A DNA stretch of 63,793 bases, filler included, from Octopus bimaculoides (GCF_001194135.2; 6 parts of 6 records of this genome joined end to end with filler, not necessarily neighbours in it); one strand, 5' to 3'. Shown: positions 49,349 through 62,448, numbered from the whole stretch's first letter. Notes: generated from the sequence alone by a model not told the origin. Made by a program: numbers and translations.

Positions 49349-49505
49349 TAAATACCTTGTTGTAAGGCAAATTTACTGAGGTATTCATCCAGAAATAACA
49401 TTTCTCACAGACCTAATGTGTTTAAAAACACAATACAGCATGTCCACAAAACAAGTTATCTCTGGATGAATACCACAGTAAATTTGCCTTTTAACAATGT
49501 ATTTA
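49349..49505. repeat. Inverted repeat, ~51-bp arms with 55-nt spacer (MITE-like)
   Basis: aataccttgttgtaaggcaaatttactgaggtattcatccagaaataac vs reverse complement of 49455-49503, 5 mismatches. Confidence 0.85.
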
Positions 49506-49588
49506 CATTAAAAAGCAAGTGCATACCTGTATGCACATACAAGCATGCACACATTCATTTATTTATAAATTTTTATATGTATAATATA

Positions 49589-50406
49589 CAGGGTGTGAAG
49601 GGTAAATTGTTGCCATTTTATATTTTTAATTTCACGTATATTGTTTGTTTTTGATTTTGTCAACAACACAGTATAGTAGGGTCAGTTGGGAACCATCTGT
49701 GAGAAAAACAGCACCATGATGCAATTCATTCTACCAGAAATTTGGAAACAACATGCTATACAAACATTTCAGAGTGTTTGGGTGTCAATCTGAGGACAGA
49801 TTGTCTCCAAAACATCTACCGAGAGTGATAAAAATCAAACATCCAGTCAACATCATGATGTTTGGAGTGATCACTAGTGATGGTGACATTATGCCTCCAT
49901 TCATCTTCCCACACAGTGTCAGACTCAACACGGAGGCCTACATAAAGTGCCTGGAGGAGGTAGTGATACCCTGGGTCAAGGGGTTGGCTGCTGGAAGACC
50001 CTATGTTTGGTAACGGGACTGTACCACGCCACACAAGCAGAACCCAGTCATGGCTGTCAGACAGACCACATCACCTCTAACATCTGGCCACCTAACTCCC
50101 CAGACTGCAACCCTTGATTATTATGTGTGGGACACAGTTGAGTGAGAGACCAAGAAAACTCCTTGTAACCCCAAAGATGAACTGAAGACAAGGAGTATGG
50201 TAGCATTCACCAACTTAAACAAGGAGACTATCCAGAAGAGTTGCAGGAGATTGTGGTTGAAGCCAATGGTGATTTTATTGAATAAATTTACTCTTTAGTA
50301 TTTCAAGATATTTTTATGTAGTTTTGGTAAATATATCTGTTAAAATGAGATGTCAGTGTTATTTTCAATTTTGCGTAATTTAGACGACAGTTTATTCACC
50401 ACACTG
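49589..50406 (+). mobile_element. Internally deleted maT (DD37D-like) Tc1/mariner element
   Basis: TA-cagggtgtgaagggtaaattg ... tttattcaccacactg; KHPVNIMMFGVITSDGDIMPPFIFP...GRPYVW...WPPNSPDCNP.DYYVW. Confidence 0.88.
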
Positions 50407-50414
50407 TGTATACT

Positions 50415-50645
50415 TATTTCTTTATTGCCCACAGGTGGCTAAACATAGAGGGGACAAACAAGGACAGACAAAGGGATTAAGTTGATTACATCAACCCCAG
50501 TGTGTAACTGGTACTCATTTAATCAACCCTGAAACGATGAAAGGCAAAGTCGACCTCAGCAGAATTTGAACTCAGAATGTAATGGCAAACGAAATCCCGC
50601 TAAGCATTTCGCCTGGCGTGCTAACGTTTCTGCCAGCTTGCCACA
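50415..50645 (-). mobile_element. SINE family C, full length
   Basis: ttatttctttattgcccac...gatgaaaggcaaagtcgacc...gtttctgccagc. Confidence 0.9.
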
Positions 50646-51002
50646 CTCTGTGTGTATATACTGTGTGTATATATGTGTGTATATACTGTGTGTATATACT
50701 GATATATATATATATAAAATCACACACATAAAATCAAATACAACCACACATTTAGACATAAGAGACACACAATCAGAGATACACATCACCATTTATTATT
50801 AGAGCTGATATATCTGTTATGCAATTATATCACACCACATCACACACATAAAAACAAACTAAAAATAGAATAAAAAATAACAGTGACGGCAAAAAATAGA
50901 CACTAGTGAATACTAACATGATGGAATGATAAAAACTCCACAAAAAACATCACAGGCACATATGCACACACACGTTTTTGTTTTGTTCTTCTTGAATCAT
51001 AC

Positions 51003-51200
51003 TAACTCATAAGGGCTGGTTTCCTGGTTTCCATGATGTATATATCCCCCACCTGGATGGGACGCTGATCTGTCAGAAGATTACTCATTTTTGCCAGCTG
51101 AGTGGATTGGAGTAACGTGAAATGAAGGGTTTTGCTCAAGAACACAACACATTGCCTGGTAGAAGAAAAGACCGAGACCGACGATCTAACCACTGAGCCC
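51003..51200 (-). mobile_element. tRNA-headed SINE with CORE/V-like segment
   Basis: ttttgccagctgagtggattggag...gctcaagaacacaac...ctaaccactgagcc. Confidence 0.7.
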
Positions 51201-51602
51201 TACACCTTCATATATATGTATGTATTTAAGTGTATGTATATTTCTGTCTTCTTGTCTTGGCATTAAATGATCGTTGTAAACGAGTATCAATGTTATACAA
51301 GCAGGGTCGTTCATTTTGAACAAACTGCAAAAACATGTCTGGTCATAGGGAAACAATACCTTGCTTAGAAAGAAGCGAAGGTTGGTGACAGAAAGGACAA
51401 CCCACCATAGAAAATCTATCTCAATAAACTCTGTCTGACCCATGCAAGCACAGAAATGTGGATGTTAAAACAAGGATTGATGTTTATAGTGATGATCACT
51501 AGCAGACAAGCAGCAATAATAATGAACATAAAAGAGAATGGAGAAGGAAACTGCTAATTTAATCAACCCTAGTACATGACTGGTATGCATTATTTTATAG
51601 AT

Positions 51603-51783
51603 AGGTGCAGGAGTGACTGTGTGATAAGAAGCTTGTTTCCCAGCTACGTGGTTTTGGGTTCAGTCCTACTGCATGGCACCTTGAGCAATGTCTTCTACTA
51701 TAGCCTCGGGCTGACCAAAGCCTTGTCAGTGGATTTGGTAGACGGAAACTGAAAGAAGCCCATTGTGTGTATATATGTATGTG

Positions 51784-51827
<44 letters not shown>

Positions 51828-52035
51828 AATTTGTGTGTCTGTGTCATCCCCTGCCATCATTTTACAACCGATGTTGGTGTGTTTACATCCCCGTAACTCA
51901 GCGTTCTGACAAAAGAGACGGATAGAATAAGTACTAGGCTTACAAAGAATAAGTCCCAGGGTTGATTTGTTTGACTAAAGGCAGTGCTGCAGCATGGCCA
52001 CAGTCAAATGACTGAAACAAGTAAAAGAGTAAAAG
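51603..52035 (+). mobile_element. SINE family A, full length
   Basis: Head, (TA)n, tail ending gtaaaagagtaaaag. Confidence 0.9.
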
Positions 52036-52415
52036 CGACTGCACAATATTTCAAATGCAGGTTTGACAAATGACTTCAATTTAACATATGGCATTAGTTG
52101 ATCTGCTAGCAATCTTAATGCAGTTAGCTTTTTATACAGGACATGATGTGAAATTTTCTTAGTGTTTATATTATCCTATAATGTATGCTAATTTATCCTG
52201 GTCATTTATTTACACCACTCATATGACAAGATTCATGAAATGAGATCATATGTTCAAACTAAAACAGTTACATAGAGGTCATTTGAAACATATACACTCT
52301 ACTATTCTTTTATCCTTTTACACGATTCAACCTTAACGCTGTGGCCATGCTGGGGCACCACCAGTGGAGGGTATATTCACTTCTATTTATTCCTTCTCCC
52401 TAAAGCAGCAGCAGC

Positions 52416-52470
<55 letters not shown>

Positions 52471-52698
52471 CAAGGGGGTGGTGATGATGATCAAAGACGC
52501 TTGTCCTAAATTTATGACTAGGTCACTGTTACCCTACTTCATTGTATTTCATAATTCATTTTAGGTCCAATGAAAAGATCTGCTTAGACAAAATCATGAC
52601 ATGGATTTCACACTCTATTTAACATATAACTGAATATATACTTTGATTAACAATGATATATATTAATATATATATATATATATATATCGTCGTCGTCG

Positions 52699-52741
<43 letters not shown>

Positions 52742-53439
52742 AATAAGCACACAAATGCGAAGCAAGGTGAAAAAAATAGTACTCGAATACCAGAGGTAGA
52801 GTAATATGCTTTATTAAAAAGCAGCAAAAANNNNNNNNNNNNNNNNNNNNNNNNNNNNNNNNNNNNNNNNNNNNNNNNNNNNNNNNNNNNNNNNNNNNNN
52901 NNNNNNNNNNNNNNNNNNNNNNNNNNNNNNNNNNNNNNNNNNNNNNNNNNNNNNNNNNNNNNNNNNNNNNNNNNNNNNNNNNNNNNNNNNNNNNNNNNNN
53001 NNNNNNNNNNACCGCACGAGTGGAAATATATATGAAAGAAGGTTTGAAAATGCAATTTTAAAGATGTTTATTCACTTTACCAGTTTCACTTTTTTAGAAA
53101 AAGATTGTCAAAAGTAAAATGTAAAGCTTTATATAAGCTTTGTAGTGTTAAGTACAGGTTGTCACAAAAGTATTAAAATACATGGTAATCTTCCAGTTTA
53201 GGGAGGTAAAAAAAGCAAATAAAAATACAAGGCAAATAACTTAACGTCTTACTAGTATTATCCGTACTACTCTGAAATGTGTTTTTTTTTTTTTAGCTGT
53301 TTATAAATAAATCACACACGTTATTGAAGTTAACTGTTTATATATAAATGACACACGTGATTGACTATCATAGTACCGGCTGCACAACAACTTATGGTAA
53401 TCTTCCAGTATAGGGAAATAACAGTCAAACTAAAGCTCA

Positions 53440-53550
53440 CAAGGCTTTGGTCAGCCTGAGGTTGAAGTAGAAGACACTTGCCCAAGGTGCCACACAGTGG
53501 GACTGAACCTGGAACCATGTGGTTCGGAAGCAAACTTCTTACCACACAGA
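53440..53550 (-). mobile_element. SINE family A head
   Basis: acaaggctttggtcagcctgagg...gggactgaacctggaacc. Confidence 0.85.
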
Positions 53551-54044
53551 CACAACTTTACCTTTCAGTATTTTAAGATAAATAAAGCAAGTTTATGCAA
53601 AATTATGCAATAACTCAGAAAGCATACATGGTCTATATAAACAGAGAAATTGGCAAACTTACATAAACAGAATAATAGAAGAAAGAGAATCCTTGGAAAC
53701 AATGGAGAAATAAAGCTTGGAGGTTGGGGTGCAGTGGGGTGGAAAGGGGCAAAAGTATAAACATAAAGAATATAGAAAGTTATAGACAGTTTAAAAAGTG
53801 GTGCTGGTGGTTGTGGGAGAACAATAATTTGTGAGACTTTAGATAAAGAATCAGGCAAGACTGAACTTTGGACTAACCATTTATCGCAGATGATGGAATG
53901 TTTTAAGATCTAGAAAATGGTTGGAGGAGAGAAATAAATTTGAAATAGAGATAAACATTATTCAATGGTGTACAAATTTATTTATTATAGAAACACTGTT
54001 ATATATACAAACATATACACGAGTACAAACACACTCTTAAATAT

Positions 54045-54390
54045 GTGTATACGTGGCCGATGCCAGTGCCACCTAACTGGCACCCATGCCGGTGGTACGT
54101 AAAAACCACTATTTAAGCGTGACTGATACCAATACCACCTATGCTGGCGGCACATAAAAAGTACCATTCGAGTGTGGTTGATGCCAGTTCCACTTGACTG
54201 GCTCCCGTAACGGTGGCATGTAAGAAGCACCCACTACACTCTCAGAGTGGTTGGCATGAGGAAGGGCATGAAGCTGTAGAAACCTTGCCAAATTGGAACC
54301 TGGTGCAGCCTCCTGGGCTTTCCAGTCCTCACTTAAACTGTTCAACTCATGCTAGCATGGAAAGCAGATGTTAAATGACGATGACGATAT
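54045..54390 (+). mobile_element. Family D repeat with three modules
   Basis: tgccagt-gccaccta-actggca modules, then ggaagggcat...gcatggaaagcagatgttaaatgacgatg. Confidence 0.8.
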
Positions 54391-54452
54391 TGGGTTGCCT
54401 GAGATGTCAAGAGTTTGTCTCTTGCAGCTTAACCACTTAGCATTTAAACCAT

Positions 54453-54485
<33 letters not shown>

Positions 54486-54489
54486 CATC

Positions 54490-54806
54490 ACTGCAGAGAT
54501 GCTCAAAATATCTGGCAGTGTTGGCTATAGCCTAGTCACCCGTATTACGAACCAGGTGATACACGAAGGAGTCATACCCTATGACTGGTGTAGCAGCATC
54601 ATAGTCAACTGCTACAAAGGTAAAGGGGACGCTTTAGATACAAATAATTACAGAGGCATCAAGCTGTTAGATCAGGTTATGAAAGTTACAGAGAGGGTCA
54701 TAGCCCAACTAATTAGGGAGCGAATCAATTTAGATGAGATGCAGTTTGGGTTCGTGCCAGGTAAAAGCACTACTGATGCCTTATTTCTAGTGAGACAGTT
54801 GCAAGA
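54490..54806 (+). pseudogene. RTE LINE reverse-transcriptase N-terminal fragment
   Basis: IPYDWCSSIIVNCYKGKGDALDTNNYRGIKLLDQVMKVTER...QFGFVPGKSTTDALFLVRQLQ, cut by linker. Confidence 0.92.
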
Positions 54807-54906
54807 NNNNNNNNNNNNNNNNNNNNNNNNNNNNNNNNNNNNNNNNNNNNTTAATTAATTAANNNNNNNNNNNNNNNNNNNNNNNNNNNNNNNNNNNNNN
54901 NNNNNN
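54807..54906. other. Artificial scaffold linker
   Basis: 44 N + TTAATTAATTAA + 44 N. Confidence 0.95.
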
Positions 54907-55379
54907 AGTTACGTTTCTTTCCGATGAGTTTAAAACCAATTCTGATCAACAAAATTAGCACCAATCAAAGAATGAAGTAGATCTCACCAACCATTCCATA
55001 TAGTTGCAGCTTTATGATTATGTTAAGAAACGCCTAATTATCTCTGATTGATTTTACAACCAAAAGACCGGTCAATAACGTAGCCATTAGGCGGGTGATT
55101 ACCTTGCTACAAATAACACCCGGATCTCAATTGAATCATACCCTACCGTCTGAAGCAAGTAGTACCGACTACATTTGATAATATAATCCTAAATATGTAA
55201 AATAGTGGGAGGGTCATAACTGGAACGACTTTATTTACATGTGTGTTGTATTAGGGCTGAGCTTAGAGACACTCAGCAGCATCAGTCACCGTAAAGCATG
55301 TCATTAAACATCTATCATGTTGAAAAGGCTAAAAATTCCCCCGCAGTCTGAGGCTCCGGAGATTTTGCCAATTTATGAA

Positions 55380-56050
55380 AGATGTATGGTATTCAAGAGG
55401 ACAACAGTAACAGTAACAGCGAACTTTTGTTTTATGAAGTATTTGTCTTCTGGGAAAAATGTCAGGAACTGCCGACGGTGGCATGAACAAGTGACATGTT
55501 GGACCAGAAAAATGAATTCGAATGGTTTGCAATTGCTGCAAATAGCATAAAGCAGGACTTCGTCATTACAAACGCATTGATTCATATGAATTCCACATAT
55601 CAAGTAATTTAGATGCCTCAAAGTTCTAAGAACTGGGACTCGCTTGATTTCGTAACTGTGCGATGTGATGTGCAAGATGCTGAGAGTTACCAAATGATCA
55701 ACAACCCATTGTAATTTTATGGTTAGAGCAAACATTTTGGAGATAATGTGTCCGAAAGCATTAATGTGTCTAGACTCACTGTAAAAGAAGTTGCTAATGA
55801 AATTAAGGAAACATTAGAAAATATGGAATGGAATGATACATGGAAGAGTTTAAAAGATAAGGTCTTTGAGGTCGCAGTAAAAAAAACACTGAGAAACAAT
55901 AAACTAATAGATCAGGATTGGCTCCACGATAATGAAGATGTAGAATACTCAATGAAAAGAAGAAATTATTTGATAAGTTCTGGCTTGGCAGATATTCTTG
56001 TGACTCAAAGGAAAGAACTGAAGGTACAGTTTGCTACTGCGAAAGCTATG
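55380..56050 (+). pseudogene. RTE-BovB-like LINE endonuclease/linker remnant
   Basis: KMNSNGLQLL...DFVITN...SKNWDSLDFVTVR...WKSLKDKVFEVA...QDWLHDN, frameshifted. Confidence 0.75.
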
Positions 56051-56124
56051 TTGCAGCTAGTGAGCAAGAAAACCTGTTGAAATACAGGTAGAAGCCTATA
56101 GGAAGTAAATATATATATGTATAT

Positions 56125-56452
56125 ATAGTATTGCTTATATGCCAACATAACATGACAGTCCTGTAAAGGACGATGTTACTGTTGTTTTAGCCCCAGGGAA
56201 ACATCTTTTCCAGCTGGCTAACGACACACAGTCTGTGTCCGTATATAGCATTTGCAAGGGAGGTCATCGCTTCCATCTCTAGGCTTACGTGATACTCACA
56301 AACCTAGGTTTCTGGATGTTATCCGTTCTATATATGGGCACAGACTGTGTGTTGTTAGCCAGCTGGAAAAGATGTTTTCCTGGGGGAAAAAACAATACTA
56401 ACGTCGTCCTTTAAGGGACTGCTACGTTATTTTGGCATATAAACATTACTAT
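56125..56452. mobile_element. Fold-back MITE, ~124-bp inverted arms, 79-nt loop
   Basis: Left arm 56125-56248 pairs with right arm 56328-56452, e.g. aaacatcttttccagctggctaac / gttagccagctggaaaagatgttt. Confidence 0.88.
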
Positions 56453-56489
56453 CCGGTACTGTTACTGTATTTCGCTCGCTCAGAGATTT

Positions 56490-56523
<34 letters not shown>

Positions 56524-56753
56524 NNNNNNNNNNNNNNNNNNNNNNNNNNNNNNNNNNNNNNNNNNNNNNNNNNNNNNNNNNNNNNNNNNNNNNNNNNNNN
56601 NNNNNNNNNNNNNNNNNNNNNNNNNNNNNNNNNNNNNNNNNNNNNNNNNNNNNNNNNNNNNNNNNNNNNNNNNNNNNNNNNNNNNNNNNNNNNNNNNNNN
56701 NNNNNNNNNNNNNCGCACACACACACACACATACACACACACACACACACATA

Positions 56754-56989
56754 GAGTGTTGGCCAAAAGTCACCTGACAGTAAATCAAAATTCCATAAAA
56801 ATACTCTCTGTAATTCTGTATTGACTCGAATGGAAGAATATGTCGCCCAAGAAGGATTTCAGTTTGAACAAATCTTTACGATGTTTCATATTTAGATGCT
56901 TTTATTAAATTCATTCAGTTGTTAAACATAAAGAACGCTTGGAATTAAATGGTTTTGATTTACTGTCAGGTGACTTTTGGCCAACCCTG
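56754..56989. mobile_element. Tc1/mariner-derived MITE with 37-bp TIRs
   Basis: gagtgttggccaaaagtcacctgacagtaaatcaaaa / ttttgatttactgtcaggtgacttttggccaaccctg. Confidence 0.9.
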
Positions 56990-57000
56990 TCTGTTACGTA

Positions 57001-58012
57001 CAGGGTGCGTAAGGTGTTTGAGGATATACATTTTTGGGGTCATTGCTGCATGTTTTGCTCACTCTGTATAATCTTTGCTTCAGAAAATAATAATGGCAGA
57101 CCCTCAGCTTACTCAACAAATGAAGAGGCATGCTGTTATTGTGGTTATAAAGGCTGAGCATAGCGATTTAGAAATATTTCGATATTTAAAAGTTGCCAGA
57201 TCTTTCGTCTACAAAGTTTGTAAGGAATTAGAGACTGGAAATGTATCACCATTATCAAAGCATAGAAGACATTCTAAATGCTCTGAAATCATCAGAACAC
57301 CTGAATTTATCCAGCAAGTTCAACAGACCATTGATTACAATCTCAGAAAGTCCATGAGGTTAATTGTAAAAGATCTTCAAGTGTCAGAAGGAACAGCCAG
57401 AAATGTCGTGCACAAAGACATCAGATATAAGTCTTATATGATGAGGAAAGGTCAATTTGTCAGAAAAAGCAAAAGAAAATCACTACATCAGATCTAAAAC
57501 GCTTGTAAACAAACAGAAAAATCTAGCAGAAGATTTGATTGGTTTTTCTCAAACGAGAAAAACTTCGACCAAGATCAAAAAGTTAACAGAAGAAATGACA
57601 GATGGTTATGTGCAGACCCTTCTGAAGTTCCAAGTGTGATGCATACAGAATTCCCTGCAGCTGTCATGGTTTTAGGGATTGTCAGCAACGAAGGACATGT
57701 GATGCCCCCTTCCTTCCTTCCACAAGGCCTTAGAGATCCTGAAAACAATTGCTAAGCCCTGGATAGACAGTGTATGCAATGGAAGGCCATATATGTTTCA
57801 GTAAGACTGCACTATCAAACATGGCTCTAGTAACACAGGATGGATGGATGAAAATTGTCATGATCACATAACCCCTAACATTTGGTCTCCTAATTCCCCA
57901 GATCTCAATCCATTGGACTATTACATGTGGAACATTGTTGAAAGGTCAATGAACACGTCCATAACACTAAAGATTCTTTGAAAGCTGCTATTGTCAGAGT
58001 AATGTCCAAAAG
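57001..58012 (+). pseudogene. Degenerate maT (DD37D-like) transposase with left end
   Basis: TA-cagggtg start; HTH region (ORF 57075-57497); FFSNEKNFDQDQKVNRRNDRWL...YMFQ*D...(36-37 aa)...SPDLNPLDYY. Confidence 0.9.
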
Positions 58013-58539
58013 AAAGCCACCTATAAATAACCTTCTTCAAACACATTCACTGATTACAAAAATTAGAAATGTTCCATTTCTAAATCTCACAGAGAGACTT
58101 AAGCGGCAGTGTTACGATAAAGTAGTTGTGTACTGTCAACTTCTAGCTCTTCTAGCTCTTATTTTTAAAGTATTCTAATGTGTCAATGTTTTACCAAAAT
58201 GATGGTACCTTTTTTAATTATAACGTTACTTTGTAAATTAAAATCAAATGATTTTTAATATTCAAATTTTATCCTTAGCTGCAATATTTTACGTAAAAAT
58301 TTTCTTGTTCTGTACTTTTCCAAGTGTAATAACTTGTCCTGTAATTTTCCAGGCTTATAATCTTAAGAACATTATTTCTCTTGCTCGTATTTTTCCATGT
58401 AATCCATGTTTTTTCCAGGCTATGATGTCATGCTAATTAATAATGTATCAATTAATAATTTAAGATCTTGCCTTATTGAAAATTGAATTCGATAAACTTT
58501 CAAAGAGGAAAAGCTACTGATATTACCCACTCACACCGA

Positions 58540-59725
58540 ATTAATGTCAGAAAATTTTACCATCTTGAAGGTTGCACCATGGTTCACCAATCGGTTACAA
58601 GCAACAAGACCCCAAAACCATCAGTTACCAGGCTCACCTTAAGTAACCTAGATGTTGAGTTGGTGATAATAGCAATGACTGCTGCTGATCTAGGTCTATC
58701 AATAATGATTTAATGCAAGAGTAATTCAGAAAGCATATCAGATATACACAAGGGAAAATTACCTACATTCCCTTATTACAAAAATTGATATATGAAAATC
58801 CCTTTAAATTAATTTCGATATGAAATAATTTTAGTGTATAATCACTTTATAACAATGACTTTTCTGGACAGCCTTACTACATGCCTTCAGGTCTGCCCAT
58901 AGAGACACAGCTAAAAATGACTATATTCTTTCCCCAATAAAATTAGATGTGTATATTTGAAGCATATAACATGGACTAGCCTGATTAAATAATTAACTGA
59001 AAAGAAATAAGAACAAAAAAAGAAAAAAGAAAAAAAACAGGAACCAAGTAAAGCTGAAAGAGAAAATTAATAATAAAAGTTAAACTTTCTTAAGTGCAAT
59101 AGCATATCAAAAATAACTTTATTAATTAAATATTAAAGTTAAAAAATAAGTTGTAGAATATAAGCCCTTTTGACCAATGCCTCTTCTGAACAGCCTTGCT
59201 ACATGACTTCACTGCTGCCCATGGAGACTCGGCAGCCAGAAATGTCTATATTCTATCAAGTGAATTTGGAAATATAAAGAAAATAAAGATAAAATAAAGT
59301 TATTTTTTTATGCAAATTTATTTTCTTGCAATTCATAATAAGGAGCAACAACTACAATATATAATCATCATCTTAGATTTGCAACATGGCTCACCAAACA
59401 ATAACAGAGTGCAAGACCCTAATATTTTCAGTGACCAGGTTCACCTTAAGTCACGTAGATCTTGAGTTGATGAAAATAATAATAATTATTGCTAATTGAA
59501 ATGAAAAATAAACACTTGTGTCATGTAATGAATTCAATTTAATTAACAATTGTCAATGACATATAATTTATTAGAACATATAAATAAACTCATTACTAAT
59601 AAATTTAAAATTTAAATTAAAAGTAATATAAAATATAATTACTTAAAATTGCGCCTTTTCTCAACGGCCCTGCTACATGATTCAGTACTGCTCATAGAGA
59701 CAGAGTGACCAGTGGCTATATTTTA
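58540..59725. repeat. Old degenerate duplication with modules A-B-B-A-B
   Basis: A at ~58555 and ~59365; B at ~58860, ~59180, ~59655. Confidence 0.75.
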
Positions 59726-59958
59726 TTGAATAACTTAGGTTGTTTAAAACAAAAAATATGAAGTTATTTATAAAAGCAAGTAATCCCCCAACCCATATCC
59801 CCCAAACCCTTCATTGGAAAACTGAAAAATTGGATTATTAAACTTGTTTACTTTATTTTAGAATTGTAGTGTTAAGAATCCCAATACGAAAGTAGATTAA
59901 TTGTCAATGAAATTATGAATGTGAAAGATTTATGAGCGTGTAAATTTTATTTTTTAAT

Positions 59959-60015
<57 letters not shown>

Positions 60016-60115
60016 NNNNNNNNNNNNNNNNNNNNNNNNNNNNNNNNNNNNNNNNNNNNTTAATTAATTAANNNNNNNNNNNNNNNNNNNNNNNNNNNNN
60101 NNNNNNNNNNNNNNN
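60016..60115. other. Artificial scaffold linker
   Basis: 44 N + TTAATTAATTAA + 44 N. Confidence 0.95.
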
Positions 60116-60290
60116 ATTCTATTGGCATGTTTGGTGGTCTTTCTATATGGCACGTATTTGGTACATATGTCTTGTATAGTTTTAGTTTGAGGTCACAGAT
60201 AGAGTTTGAGTGTGATAGGAGTAGTAGGGGTGTGACATGTTCTCGGATGTACGTTGCAACTCCCCCATGACTTCTATCCCTCCTGTCTGT
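60116..60290 (-). pseudogene. CR1-like LINE AP-endonuclease remnant
   Basis: DRRDRSHGGVATYIREH...ERPP resembles R.DR..GGGVA.YI...YRPP. Confidence 0.6.
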
Positions 60291-61878
60291 TATATATATA
60301 TGTATGTAAATTAGAAACGCTAGATTGACTCATGGCTGGTCGGTGGCAGATTTTTATGCACTATAAGTATTTTCTCATATATACATGTTGTCGTATCAGT
60401 ACTTACATGTTGAAAAACTATATCTTTCTACTTATATATATAACGGCACTTGAACAAGGTGGAGCACAGTGAGGTTGAACCCAGAACCATGTGGTCGTGA
60501 AGCCAACTCTTTACCAAGCCGCAACGCTTGTATCATATATAAAATTTACTTAAGTACATGCTTTCATAAAGTATGTAATACATTAAGGAGCAATTTCCGT
60601 TCGCTGTTTTATTCCTTCAACTTCATTTTCCTCAATTTGCTATTCCTGTATTGCACGAAAATCAATGATTATAATATTATTTATGTTTTTCACTCGGCAA
60701 CCGATATGTAAAATATTTCTCCGAACTAGTGTTATTTCTATGGGTGCTAATAAATATATCAGAAAATCATGTCGGCGATTGAGTTCACTGTGCACACATC
60801 AACAACGTTTTTAGAGGAAAAGTTTGCAAATTATTGGATATCCGATGGAAAGAGCTGATAGCAAGCATTTTATTGTTCCAACGCAGTGACTATAACTTTG
60901 ATGACACAGATGTCAGGCCTACAACGCATATCAATGGTTAATTACTTTGAACAGAATAATATACTTTGCAGAGAGAGGATACAAGGAAATTGTTGAACGC
61001 CGCACAAATAACGGATGATGCCATTCAAAATGACACAAACACCTTTGTTCAAATATCCCCGGTGTAGCTGACACGAAGCAAAGGTCAGCTACATCGATAT
61101 TGACCCGAACTAAATCTGTGTATGCATATATATTTCAATGTACTTCTAAATATAACGATACACTCTCATACAAGCAGACACATGTATAAAATACATACAC
61201 AATATATATATATATATATATACACACAGTCATACACACACACAAACACAAACACACACACATATATGTATATATATAGGTAGATATACATATATATATT
61301 GAGACGTATATACATATATATGTATGTATATAGATAGATATATACATATATATATTGAGACATATATACATATATATATTGAGACATATATACATATATT
61401 GAGACATATATACATATATATGTATATATGTATGTATATAGATAGATATACATATATATATGTATATATACGTATACAATATATACATATAAGTATATAT
61501 ATATATATATATTCTTATATGTATACATACGTGTGTGCATATATATATTGCAAAATATACAGATGTGCACCCGCCGATATACACTTATAAGCGCATACAT
61601 CGCAATGATGATTCAATCCGTAAATGTGAATGCGTATGTGGCAAGAAAAAGAAAAGGAAAAACGGAAGATAGATGGATAAATAGACAGATAGATAGATAG
61701 ATAGATGGATAAATAGATAGATTGATTGATGGAGAGTTTTAGAAAAGTAAGTGTATGACGAAGAACGCAAAACTTGCAGTCACTCAATTCCTTCTTCTAT
61801 CCACAAACATTTCGTGCGTTTTATATACACCCAATACATACACACGCGTCGACACACACACGCATAGCTTGATCGGTA

Positions 61879-61922
<44 letters not shown>

Positions 61923-62448
61923 TTATAAATACGGACACACAAACACACACACACACACATGTAGGTATAAACAACTTTAAACTTGATCTCTGATTATGTC
62001 CTGGTCAATATATTTCTGAGAAGCAATCTCGTCGATGGTTCTTGCTATATGTCCGTTTACATCGTGACAGGCGATGTTTCTGTGATAAGCAATCGCTAAA
62101 ATGAAAAAGAGAATAAAGCGGCAAAGATATATTTCCTCGCTTATATTGGCTTCGGTATTGCTATGAAACTTAAGTAAACAAATAATTCAGCATAATGAGA
62201 TTTACTTCAGTCAGTCGAATGTTCAACATAAAAAGTTAAACTTTCTTCAGCACAAACTCATGTTTATCCATAAACCTACACTTCTAGCCTAGCGTGTAGT
62301 TGTGAGATTGAGCGTGTGTGTGCGTGTCGTGCGCGCGTGCATATATGACATTTATGTATATAAGCCTATGTGTATTGTAACTGCCAGGTTCGTATTTGTC
62401 TATGTGTGTGTGTAAATGTGTATTCAGTGAGATACCTATATATATACG

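Noticed and set aside
9987-56788. Many 200-370 aa ORFs in the supplied track
   Set aside because: They are open only because they cross N gaps or (TA)/(CA)/(GA)/(GAT) repeats; no real protein content
61087-61095. AGCTACATC matching the 5' end of miR-222
   Set aside because: Only 9 nt match, and miR-221/222 is a vertebrate family; coincidence
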